64,000 bases of DNA from Chrysomallon squamiferum. Its lineage: Eukaryota > Animalia > Mollusca. Shown here one piece after another: positions 27,901-41,500 of the stretch (its first letter is position 1; every line of letters starts with the position of its first letter). The DNA lies in assembly GCA_012295275.1 (NCBI GenBank), contig CM022670.1, positions 22,816,001 to 22,880,000 of the forward strand. The letters run 5' to 3'. The notes under the pieces were generated by a model that saw only the letters and a list, made by a program, of their open reading frames with translations, made no database searches and was not told where the DNA came from. The position numbers and the translations under genes are program-made.

Positions 27901-30900
27901 CAAAGTACAAAGTTAAGTGACTCTGGGCTGCATAAAATGGACTGCTAGGTGTCTGATCTTCAGTCTTGGTCCGTCAGGCTTAGGAACAGCAGATGGTTTC
28001 AGCTGGTTAATATATGAAGTAAAGGGAGGTCACTGGCCGTGTGAATATTAAAAGGACATGGAGGGGAGTTTCTGCAGACAGAGTTACTTCTGTAACAGGT
28101 TTGATATGACAGATATATTTGTAAATGCAGCTTTTAAATGCAACATCATGTCTTGAGTTTTTCAGGCAGAAGTATTCTAGGTTTTTTAATCCGATTTGTC
28201 AAGTAATTTCAGAAGATTAGCTCAGGTTTCATGTCATGTATAATAAAATTACATTGTTAATGTTTCAAGCTGCTACAATTTATTTAAAAAAAAAAAAAAG
28301 ACAAATTTAAATTTATATTTTCATGATTTGAAACAATTATGATAAATTAATGTATAAAAATTGTTAGGCATATTTTATTTTTTTGTGTTTTTGGTCCAGC
28401 TGCAGTTTGTATAATTAACCTTTGCTTTTACTTCTTTCCCCAGGGTTTATGATGAGTATAAATTGTCTTCCCAATTGTTTTTAATGATTGTTGATCAGAT
28501 TATGTTGGATGGTTTTTAGTTACTTCTCAAGTTTCAGTTGGGTCTCTTGGTTTCATTGTGTAGGTTGACATTTCAAGCATAACAAAGTAAGGGATAACAT
28601 TTTATTTGATTTTGTTAAATTTGGTCCATTTTGATTTGATTGTAATGAAAAAGATTACATGGATTTTATCCTGCAGAGTTTTAACAGGTTTTTGCTGTAT
28701 TTATATATGAATGACAAACTGTGTTCTCAGATTTCTGTTTTACTATTTAAATGCAATGGCCAGAAATAAGAACTGGAAAATCTCTGGATCTTTTTCCACA
28801 GCTTGGTAGCGTGGATCTCTGACATTTTAATTGCTTCAACCTTTTTTGGTATTCTTCACATGAATTTGAAGGCTGGATGTATTATATTTTAATTAATGAT
28901 ACTATTCCTGTGAATTAGAGAGGCTGGATCAATGATTTATTAATCTTCTGTTGCTATTCCTTTGAGTTGGATCAGTGATTCTTTAATACGGTGTTGCTAT
29001 TTCTGTGAGATGGAAGACTGGATCAGTGGTACCTTAATTTGGTTTGCTATTCCTGTGAGTTGGAAGGCTAGATCTCTGACACTGTATTGGCTTGCCAGAT
29101 CTAACTCTTCCAGCTCATAGAAATGTGCAGTATCACAAGCACTACAAGTTTCAGTGTAGTTGTATATCTTTGAAAGACACCTCCAGTAACTGTTTGAAAA
29201 ATTAGTGGTACCAGTATGATTATGTCACCAAATGTAGTTTGTGTGATTTATGTTAGGCCAGTTTAACAGCATTGTAATAGAATAATTTATGTTAGTATGT
29301 TTCAACAGATATCTTATAAATAAGCTGGATATTAGTAAATATACTGCTGTGATTATTAAAGACATTGGTATCTAATAAATGTAACCAATTAATTTTCTAG
29401 TAAAGAGTTGGTTTACTTGTATAAATAGAGTTGGCTTTGGTGATAAATCTAGGTTGGTGCTAACAAATTCGACTGATTTAGAATTATTATTTAGATGGTA
29501 GAATTATTATGGTATGTTTAAACAAATGTTAGTAAATATATTGCTGTGCTAGTTAAAGACATCTGATAGAATGTAGTGATTTAATTTGCTTGTAAAGAAA
29601 GTTGGTTTAGTCTAGCCAGGTGCTAACAAATTTGACTGGTTTAGTAGTGATGATCAGTGTATTATGTAAATATAGTTAGTATTGCCTATATCTGTTATAG
29701 CAAGCGAAGCTGACTTGTAGCAGAAACAGTATTTACTAATACAGATCATTTGTGTTAGCTAATAAATATTATTAACATGCTAGTAAATGTTCTTAGAATG
29801 TTAATAATTGTAGTATTTAATGTTTACTGCAATATAATAGCTCTCTTGATTTAGTTAGGTTGCATAAAGGTTGTAATATACCAATGTATTTAATATGTAG
29901 TAAATGTTGGTACACAAGCAGATGTTGAAAGTAAAGATAAAATTTTAGCATAACATTTTTAATTTGATATTAATTTAGAGTCATAAGACTGAATGGGTTT
30001 TTTGATAATAAGGAATTCATACAGTATTTATTACTTTTTTTTTAAATATTAAAATAAGAGCTTTTTTTTTAGCTTTTTTCTAAAATTTAGTATAAAATTA
30101 ACAGTTTTTTAATTATTAATTTTTTTTTAATTTTTTCTTAAAAGACAATGAATTCAGCATTCAAGTCTTTAGACATATGGAACCAGGTTCTGAGTTTTGA
30201 AAAAAAGTAAACTTTGTTAACAGTAATGACAAAAATTAGTTTTAATATTAGTTAGTATTACTATTAGTCAGGTGTTACAAATTTATTTTAATTTTGATAT
30301 TTTTTCCTTCACTGTATATAACTTGTGGTTATCTTTGTAATATAAATTGAAATGATAACAAAAAGGAAAAAAAAAAAAAAAGAACCCAGAGTATAAAACA
30401 GAGTTATTTGTTTACTGCAGTATGTGCAGTGGTATATTACTTACAGTTATACATGTTAAATGGGGTGTTTGTGCATCAAAGTGGTGGATTTATTTCACAC
30501 ACTAATGTGATTTGGTTTAAGATTTATAGGTACAATGCTCAGTAGTTTGTGGTTTGAAATATATTACTAACAACTTTTAGGCAGCAACTGTCTGGATTTA
30601 TATATATATATATATATTTAGTTTTTTTTAATTTATTATATGTATTTGTTCCCTTCCCATTCATTTTTTTTTTTTTTTTTTTTAATTATTTTTGTTAATG
30701 ATATTTCATCATTTGTTTCTAAACATTACTTCAAAAGCTTTAAAGTTACTTTTTAAAATTTTTTTTATTTCTTCACATTTTAAACAAATTAACATTTATT
30801 CAAATAATGTTCTAAAATAAATAAAAACAACAGCAGAACATGCGTGTGCAACGGAATCTTTAGTCATATTCTTTTGGCACAAAATGAATTCAGAAAGTGG

Positions 30901-32671
30901 TATTCTTGTCATTAAGAAGAAAAGTTCCAGTGTTGTTTGGTTTGTGCTAAGCAAATGTTGTTTCCCATACTGTTATCTGAAATAGTTTAGTTTCCTGGGC
31001 TCAAGAGTGTCCTATCTATGTAATGACAATGGTGCTATCTTCTGTTTGCCAACATAAGTGTTCAATTTTATCAGAGCGGTCCAAAAATGGTTAATCTTAA
31101 AATATGAGTATTTCAGAAGGCTGAAGTGAAGAGTTATTCCTATGCTCATTATACAACATTAATCACTGTAAAACCCCAGGGGACAGGAAGTATTTATCTC
31201 ATATTCAAAAAAATGTTAGATTTAATTTCAAAGTTGTTAAAGATAATGATATATGAAAGATTAATGTTTATTATTTAAAATATAGTTAAAAATTCAAATC
31301 AGTGAATAAAATTCTGTGAAAACGACACATCTGATTTTTTAACTGTTGCATGATGTTAGAAAAACCAGTTTTTGAGAGATATTTACTTCTAAATATTGCC
31401 TTTTTCATTATCTGAAATAATCATTTTATTAGTATTTTCTGTCCATGATATCTATTTGTATTCTAATTGTGCTTCTAATGTGTAGTTGGGTTTTTTCAGT
31501 CTTTCTTTGAACTAAATCCGTTTTTTTACAGTCCTTTCTACCATTATGTTCAAAGAAATGTGCTGAAGGTATATTAATTACTGCAGTCTTAACATATAAC
31601 TTAAAAGTCATTTATAAACTGAGTTAAAGGTACAGAAATATGTCATAGTTCCTCTGAGATTGTCTGTAAGACCAAATTCACTGATTATCAAAACAATGAC
31701 AAATTATCCAGGTTTCTTGAAAATGGTTTGGTTCCCACCCCCCGCCAATATTTACTAAAAAAAAGTTAAGATGTTTGTTTGCTGTGTATGAAGCATAGCA
31801 AGGGAGCCCACCTTTCAGTATGTAAATCCCCTGAGTAGGGCCGGCACTGTTTACACACTGGTGTGGGTATTTAGTGACTGTGGGTCTTGACACAGCCAGC
31901 TATTCACAGAGTAAACACGATATTAGTCTCAGGTTGTCAGGGTTGAGAATATATAGTGAGGACCTGTTAATAAGAAAATGTGCACTGGGTGAATAATCTC
32001 TCTTTGGTTTCTAAGGTACACTGAAAATATATTTGCTTTTAATGAATGTGACAGTTTTATGGCTTGTCTTCTGTTTGTGTTCAGTTATTTTTATAGTATA
32101 AATTATTTTAGTTTTTTTATAAAAATTTTGTAATGTTATTGACTATTTGGTCATGATAATCTGTTGATATTATGAATATATTTAAATTAATTTATAAAAT
32201 TTTTAAAGTCTCCATTGGTTATTCGTGTGATTAAATAACTTTCATGATATTCTTAAATTTGTCTGACCATAGAGCACTCATTTTGAAATGAAGTAAGCTT
32301 GTTATATTCTGATCACATTTCACACAGTTAGCAAACTGTGCTAAGATTTGTCATGCATGAAGACAGCGTCTCGAAACTTGTGTTTGTTTTCACTGCAGTG
32401 GCAGGATAGGGACTGAGCATGTCTGTCAGATTTGAAGTAATTACTTCTTACTATAGTTAGCCAGCATGTATTGGAGCATCCATAAAAAACAATATACTGT
32501 TATAGGCAATCGCTGATAAAAAGTGTTAAGACTGTTTTTTTATTGAACCAGTTGTCTATGTTGTATGTATGAACTAGAATTTTACCTATAGCACAAAAAT
32601 CTTTTGAATTTTATTAATTTATTTGATTAAATATTTTTTAACAAATTAATTTATAATAATAATAATATTAA

Positions 32672-32712
<41 letters not shown>

Positions 32713-35531
32713 TTTTGAAATAGTTTGATGTCAGAATGACTACATAAGTATGTACCTAGATTGATTCAAGTACCTACGTGTACATAAATTAACTCCATAC
32801 TGTCTGTTCTGGAATGTAACACTTAGTGTCATAAAAACCTCTCTAGATAAACCATTGTCCTAGAACTCAAATTTGAGTGATATTTTTGTATAGAAAATTT
32901 CTGGAGTGTACAGTTTGGCATATTTCAGTTTAATCTAAAATAAAAATATTTATTTACATTTTCTTTTTCTTTTTTAATGTAAATTTTTAATCTGTTTAAA
33001 ATGAAACAATTATTCTTCTTCTTATTATTATTTTTTTTTTTTTGGTTACAAAAATGGATTGTTTAATTTAGATTCAGTTTATTAGTACAGATTGAGAAAA
33101 AAAAACTCGTCAAGGCTATCTTGATCTAGATCAATAACAAAATTTATTGAAATATATATATCAAGAATATAAAAATGTGTATCAATTTATGAATCACAAA
33201 CAAAGCAGTTACCTGTTTTTGTGATAAAAAGATAAAATATTACTGGTTTATTTGATTGTGTGTGTAATTTAGTCCATATTATTCTCATACAAATGCACAT
33301 GCAAGTTTTTTTGTTAAAGCATATACATAAAGGTTGTGTGTATGTTTGTCTACATAAGTGTGTACATGTGTGTATGTTTATATAAGAGTATTTATGTATG
33401 TCTTTGTCAGTATATGTGATTAAGTATAAATATATATTTTTGGTGTATAAATGTATGTAAAATTTTAAAACTTTATTGTTTAATAACTTAGTTTTTTGAG
33501 AGAAAAACTTTAAAAAAACAACAACCCCAAAATGAAAGACTTGCTATAACATGTTCATTTTTCATCAGCAAGTTAGATATGTGTAAACCAAGCAAACATA
33601 GAGTACCAGTGTGTAAGAACAAACAGTGCTATATCACATTGCAGGTAACTCAACACGTTTCTGAACTGTCCATTAGATATAGCAGCAGCTTTCATGTTAT
33701 TTAACATTATCAACCCCAGAGTGTAATAAACCCATTCTCTATTTGTTGACACATCTTAGAAGTATGTACATAACTCTATGGTGGTTTTCAATGGGAAAAG
33801 TTTTCATAGAAATCAGCAGAATGTTTAAAAATCTCTGTTCTATATGTTTACATAATTAATATAACTTGTAATTCATTTTCTCACTTTGTGAACTTAGTCT
33901 ATAGTTAAAAAAAAAGTTAATAAAATCATATTTTGTGTCTTGAAGAATCATTCTCAAAGTGGATATATTGTGGATATATTGTCAAACAAGCTGCAGGTAT
34001 TGTCTTTGGTATTCAGGTTGTTTTGCAAGGATTTCATTGTGTCAGATATTGTTAACATATACCGAAGAATTCATAGTTAATGTAATTGGCTCATAATTAT
34101 ACTATTTATAGGTTTCTTTCAATTCTTTTATTCAATTTTGTGATGATATTTGTGGAAGATTTAAGGTAATACAGATTATATATTATATATGTGTTAGATT
34201 ACTGTGATATTATAAACAGTGTTTCTGTGTCAAATAGATTTATGAGTTTATGGAATACTTAGTAAGTTACAAAGATAATATTGAATTACTCTGGTAAAAT
34301 ATATGGTTTATTCACTACAGTTGTTTGGAGATATTTTTGGCCTTATTATGGTAAAAAGATTAATATCGTAGATACTTGTCGGTAAAAAAAAAAAATTAAC
34401 ATGTATGTCATATGAACATACTTGCTGGCTTAGTATGGTGAAAAAGGTTTATACAACACATGGATACTTGTTCAGCTGTTGGCAAATGGTGATAAAATGT
34501 AGTCGGTACTTTTCAGTGTTTAAAAATTTCTCCAACAGTTTATTATGGTAAACTCGAGGTAGGATAATGGATGTACGTTTGTCGCGATACACTAAAACAT
34601 ATACTGGTGACAATGCAGGTGTGCTGTGTAGTGGAGAGAGTTTTATCTCATCTGTTCTGTTGTGTGGTGAGATTCAACTCCTCCAACTGCAGGCTACACC
34701 TCACATCTACACTACACACTACATGTCAGAGCTGCTTCAACTACAACAACACCAGAACCGTCAAGTCTAAGTTGCTTCCATCCTGCTGGTATGTATGTGT
34801 TAATTAAACAAGCGTAAGCATCGTGGTGAGAACATTAGATTCAAATAAAAATAAAAATGGAAAGGTAAAAAGAAAAAAAAACAATAAAAAACATACCGAA
34901 ACACACAATATACTAGTGTATGTGTATGTGTGTGTATTCATTCATTTATTTGTATGTACACACACATTCACACACACATCCATAGAATATTATTGATACA
35001 TGCATTTTATACATGTAATTTTATAGATATCTTGAATTAAATGTTATGCAACAGTTCTTGATGCTAAAGTTCAGACATTAATGCTTAATTTCTCATCATA
35101 GAACTTTTATAAAATTGATATAAATGATATAGCACATTTTATTTATTGAATTTAACTTAAAATTTTCATAAATGAATGAATAAATAAAAGAAAATTTGTA
35201 TAAAAAAAAAATGAAAGTAATTACATCAAATAATTATGACCAGTGTCTAAGTATGCAATCACTGTGAACAGTTGCTACTGTTGTTTTAAAAAAGTACTAA
35301 TTGGTTCTGTATTTTTAAAATTTTCTTTAAATTTTCAGATTCCACATTAATCATTTCCTTACTGAAACTGAATTCAACATGTATCTGTGGTAATATATTA
35401 TTTCATGTGTGTGTGTAAAATTATTTATTTAAATTGAACGAGTTTAATGTTCATACTTTTATTTTTTTAATAAGTAACTAATAATCTAAAATACTCAGTA
35501 AAATAAATTTAATGTACAAGAAACAAATAAA

Positions 35532-35569
<38 letters not shown>

Positions 35570-38500
35570 GAAATTGAAAAATAAATAAAAGATAAGAATT
35601 AAACAAAAAAACTTTTAATAGGCACCAATAAAAAAAAAAAAAATAAATAAATAAATTAATTAATTAGAGAAAACAACAAAGAAATAAAAAAATAAAAAAA
35701 TAATACAATAAAGATAAAATAAACAGAATAAAGACAAAATAAAAAGATTAAAGTTAAATAAATATTTAAAGGTTATAAAATAAATTAAAAATATTTTTAG
35801 TAAATATAATAAAACTTGGTTATCTTTCCATTAATCATTTACTTAGTTACTAATACTGAACCATGATTAATTACTGCAGCTGAATTCTTCATTTTTATTC
35901 TTATTATTATTATTATTATTATTTATTATTATTTTTTTTTCTAATTGAAGATGATACATGAAAATAAAATTAATGTTAATTTGATACAAAGATGAAAATA
36001 AAATTATTTAAAATGTTTATAATTTAGACTTTTTATTATTGATTTAGTAAGTTCTACTGTTTCAGCACTAGTGACCTGATTTTCAGTCTTATAAATTAAC
36101 TAGTCATTTAGAATTTTCCAGGAAAAGTTAAATGTGAAAATTAGGTACATTTATTAGAATTTGTTTTTTTTATTTAATTAAACTTCAGTCAACTAGTTTA
36201 AGTAATTAAATGGAATCATTTTTAATTTAATTTAAAAAAAAATTTGTTTTGCGTTTTCAAATGTATAAAAGAAAAACAAGCTGTTCTTCATGTGTATCAT
36301 AAAATATATCATATATATCCATACATATAAATAAAATGAAAAACTAAAATGATTTCAGATGAATATGCACTTGATTCTTGCTCATGGCAGTTAGAAAAAA
36401 AAAAAATGATGATTGTCCCAGAGTTTTAATTCATAACTACACATTTTTGTCCTTCAACTATATCTCTGTTTTTTTGTAATATAAATCATTTCTGTTCTGT
36501 GAATTATGTTAAAGTTACCCAGAATTATCATGTTTTTATAAAAGTGTATCAAGGCCACTTGAACGCTGTCAGTGTTTTATTAGTAGTAGATGTTACAACT
36601 TCCTAATGTTAAAAAAACAATTATAAAAAAACAATTATATATCACAGCTGAGCTGTGTAAACCTGATACATTTATTTGTGTAGAATACACCTATTCAGAT
36701 ATTTCATCAAATGCGTGAAGGCATATTTCTCTAAACTTTTACAATTTTTTTAGTGAATAATGACAGAATTGTAGATCATAAAACATCCCATTAAAATATC
36801 AAATAATTATCATCAGTTAAGTAAAGATTTTGAATTTTAATTTTTTAACTTTTTTCATTTCATTTTATTATTATTATTATTATTATTATTTTTTTTTCAG
36901 TGTTGTCATTTCGAACAATATTTTACCAATTAATAACAGAAAATGATCATTTCAACTTTCACTCAGCTGCATATTTCTAATTCTTTACATCTTAGACTGC
37001 AGAACGAAAAATATCTCGTTTTTGTGAAAAGGTTTGTTGTGCAAAGTGTCAGGTGTCTGGTATGGGCCGAGAGTCAGGTGGGCAGATTGAGCGTTCAAAG
37101 ATCAGGTACCCAGTCCCTTGAAATCTCACAGTGTTTACCGTGAACAATGAGCCAATAGGCTGGCAGACAATGCAAGATGATATCTCAACTGCTTAAGATT
37201 TATCTGTTCAGATTATTTAAAGATACCGTGGTCCAGTCGCTGGGACAAAGTTTAAACTCAATGAATCATTTAAATGCGATTTTATGAACATGTCGGCCAA
37301 TATAATCAGTTTATTGACTGCTTAAAAATTCTCTTGAGTGTTGTTGCTTCGAGGCAATTAAATATTGGTACCATTTGCTTAATGCAAATGATGAAAGTCT
37401 AAAACATTAAACAGAGCAGATTTAAAAACAATATATATATATATTTTAAAATCCAATACATTAACATTTCTTATGAACTTTATATATATGTGTATATATA
37501 TATATATATATAGTTCATAAGAAATATTAAATAAAATATTGGATTTTAAATATTATTAAAATAGAATATTTATGTAAAAAACAACAAACCCCCACTAATT
37601 ATTCATGTGAATTTCAGTTAGTTATTCCACAAAACTTGATATTTCAATTTTATTTTTATTATTTTATTTTATTTTTATTATGTTTATTTATTTTATTTTG
37701 TTTTTATTAATTTTTTCTTTAATTTCTAAAATTCAGTTTAATTTAATTTAATTTATCCTTATTTTTAAATTTTTATTTATTTTATTTTATTTTTATTAAT
37801 TTTTTCTTTAATTTTTAAAATTCAATTTAATTTAATTTAATTTGAAACTATACAATTTCATATGTGATACCATATATAAGCAGATTGTTTGTTTTCTGTT
37901 AAATACATAAAAACAAAAACCTTCAAAACATCCTATGAAAGAAATCCACACTGATGACCTGTTTCACAGAATCTGTTGGTTATACAGATTACATAATTGC
38001 TACAGATGTACATTTTAAACAGTAAATCCATTTACATACTTTACTAGCCATCCATCCATAAATTAGCATATAGTCCTAAAGTATTCTCTAACAGTTGCAT
38101 ATCTCTGTTCCAGATTATAATTTCAGTTATGTATGATTTTCTGTATCCTAAGATTCAGTTCTTGTGTTTTTAAACTGAGGACATGCATTCATAATGAAGA
38201 AAATAGCCACGAAATAGCCAATATTTTACAAACAAAACAAAATAAAATATTCCAATAATAATAGTAGTCGTAGTAGTAAAAATTATGATAACAGCAATTT
38301 CAAAAATAATATTAAAAAATAGATAGGTAAATAAATAAATAATATTTAACAACAACAACAGGAACAACAACAAGATCAGCAACAACACCAATGCCAACAC
38401 CAACACCAACAACAACAACAACAATAATAATAATAATAATTTTAAACTTACAAATAAAAAAGAGAAGAAAAAAAAGAAGAAAAAAGGCCTCAATGCAAAT

Positions 38501-41500
38501 AATGATTTGAAATATTAGCCAGTTTAAACTGCTGTGTATTAATACATTATATTCTTTGTTAATTTTTCAAATGTAATGGCTTGCCCAAGTCCTCTAAGAT
38601 TTAGTACTTGTATTTGCTTTGTTATTCCCCCTAAAAACAAAACAAAAAAACAGTGATAAATTACTCGCATGTGTCAAACTAACAGTAAAAGTTTAAAACT
38701 TTAGCCAGTACAAACTAAATTTTATATATCTCTTATCATTAGTGATAAGGATCTTTAATAAGCACCTTAAGATAGTTGGTCTTAGGAGCACTGTCTGGAA
38801 TTGGAAATTGATGAACTGCTACCCAGGGAAGAACTGATGTGGAGACTTGTCATGTGTCATTCTCCTGATTTAGCACTAAACTGTACCACATAAAGACTGA
38901 TTAGAAAAATTAGTTTGTGTTGTTAAAAGAAAAACACCCATTCCTCTCCCCTCAGCATATTCACTCATAGATATGCACACACACACACACACACACACAT
39001 TTTTTTTGTTTTGTTTAAACTTAGTATTTTGTGGATCTTTGATTTATTTTTGCTTTAGATTAATATAGTGCACATGCATAAAAGAGAATTAGGGAGTTAA
39101 AAAGAAAATTTCAATAATATAAATGTGGCAATTTTTAAACACTACAAAATTTCTGTGATTGCATAATGAGAAACATATGCTTTATTTAACTGTTCCATGT
39201 GACAGATATTTAACATCAAAATGATATAGCATTTCTATCATCTGTTAGTAACATACAGGATATTTAGGATGTAAAAATGAAAGAGAAAGATAAACCATAC
39301 ATTAATTCCAAGTTGCAGCATTGTTTTTAAATGTCATTATTCAAACAGAGTGATAAAACTGCTGGTGTTACTGTAATAATAAGACCTCTATCTTTTTAAA
39401 ACTTTATGTTGATAGAGAATAAAACAATGACTTCACTGGACTTACACTTTTACAGTATCTAACTGTTATATCAGTAAATCTTTTAAATAAATAAATTCCA
39501 ACATTTGAGAGGCAAAAGACACCATAAAACTAAATCAGTTTATATTTAAAATGAAATATATTTTTTTAAATTTAGAAATTACAGCATTTACTTGTATCCA
39601 TTATGGACAGATTCATCTTTATTTGTTACTGTTAGAATGAGATACAGTAGTGATGTTAAAATGTTTGTTGTTTTCAGTTTTTTCCAGTGGACTATGAGTG
39701 CATTTCAAGTCTGATCACTTTTGAACATCTGATTGACATCTGTCAGAACAGTGCTCCTTTCCTTAGTGATTCTTCTGATGCTGGAAGATCATCCAGCACT
39801 TGGTAATTCAGCTGAAATATTTAGTTAGTTCTTCAGTAACACTGCATTTAAGACAGCTTTAAATGTTCAGTAAATTATAGTGTTATAATGCAGTCACTGG
39901 ACTAGAATATTTAATATATATTTATATACACATACACGTGAAGATCAGAGTTATGATCTCTGGTATGATATTTGATATTTCTGGGCTATAGCTGTTACAA
40001 GTAGGAGCACATTATGTACCTACCTATTTAGCCACCTACCTATATATATATATATATATATATTCATATATGTAGTAATAGGGAGTTATTGATACATATA
40101 TGTATGTACATACACACACACACACACATACATATATATACATAGAAAGTTTACAGATGAGCTTTTTTTCAGATTTTAACATTTATTTTGATTTCACGAG
40201 ATATTGTGATATTTCAGTCCACCTCTGAGTCCAAAGTTCTATAAGAAGAAGGATGAAAAGAAGAAAGTGGAATCATCTATTCAGTGCATTCCTTTTCCAT
40301 TTGACCCCATCTCACTTCTCCCTCGCTGTCAACAGGCTGAACTCTTGTTTTCAACTTTTATTGTTGGTGGTATGTTGATATACAATCACGTTAAAATAAT
40401 CACTTTCACTTTTAGGACATTAACATTGTTCTGAAATAATTTTAAAACCCAATTCAACCTTACCTTAGAAGTGTGAATTACTATGTACATGTTAATATTC
40501 TATTTAAATAAATTATGGCATTTCAGAATAAATGATATATATTTTATACACATTTTTTAAATTTTTTATTTGTGTGCATGTATGTGTATGTGTGTGTTTA
40601 TGTATGTATATATTATTTTTCAAAATATTTGAATAATGACAAATGATTTTTTTATTTATATTTTTTTAATAAAAACAAATCAGATATTCAGGAAATACCA
40701 GAAGGATATATTGATCCCAAAAGCTCCAATGCGTTACTGTTTTCTATACTGTTTGACAACCTCATGCCAACAAAAGGACGAGGAGTTCACGACAGAGAGA
40801 TCAATCTTTCAGTGGAGGACTGTGTTAGGTTTCTGGAACTGCTAAAAGCAAGGGACAGAGACCTCAGTAAACATCCGTTTCCATTTTCATATGGATTAGA
40901 AGATATTTACAATGATCAGAGACATGGTGACTCCACTCTGCAGGCAGATAATGATGGATCAGTGACAGATGCTAACACAAGTACACCAGGACAAGCAGAT
41001 GTGAAAGCAACAGAGTCCAAACAGAAAAATGGTTGTGAAGAAAAAAGAATTCCAATGTGGCGCTGCTTTACTCAAGCCAAAAACTCAACACATCTCTTTC
41101 TGACATTTGTTCCTGCAAGTTACGATGATTTGTTGCTTCTCAATAAATGTCCTTTGCAAAATGCTGAGCACTCCGTTGTTCAGGAGCATGAGCATCAGGG
41201 CCATGAATCAGTTTCTAAAGATACATCAGAGGATGCAAGTCAGTCAGAGGAAACACAAACACAGACAGATCAGACTGAAGATTCTGAAACTTTGAAGACA
41301 GCTGCTCCTTCAGTTAAAGCTGATGTACTTACAGAAACCAGACCACAAACAGCAGAATCTTCAAAACAAGCTGAAGACTGTACACAAAATACAAACGACA
41401 AGCCAGATCCTACATCTAAACCTCTTCTTGTGCCTGTGTATGTTTATTACTGTCACCAGTACGTTGTCATGGACTCGCTGGTTAACAAGTGGGGCTTTTC

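Noticed and set aside
29011-29032. TGGAAGACT resembling miR-7
   Set aside because: It is part of a decayed mir-750 5p-arm copy and the rest does not match miR-7.
31885-31910. CACAGCCAGCT resembling miR-2
   Set aside because: The seed differs (GACACAG versus ATCACAG), the 3' half does not match, and there is no convincing hairpin.
32805-32835. TGGAATGTAA resembling the 5' end of miR-1
   Set aside because: The match ends after 10 nt and no complementary arm is present.
34567-34807. ORFs 34567-34770 and 34571-34807 as a nested small protein gene
   Set aside because: They overlap the mir-1175 hairpin, which explains the higher-complexity sequence. No recognisable protein similarity.
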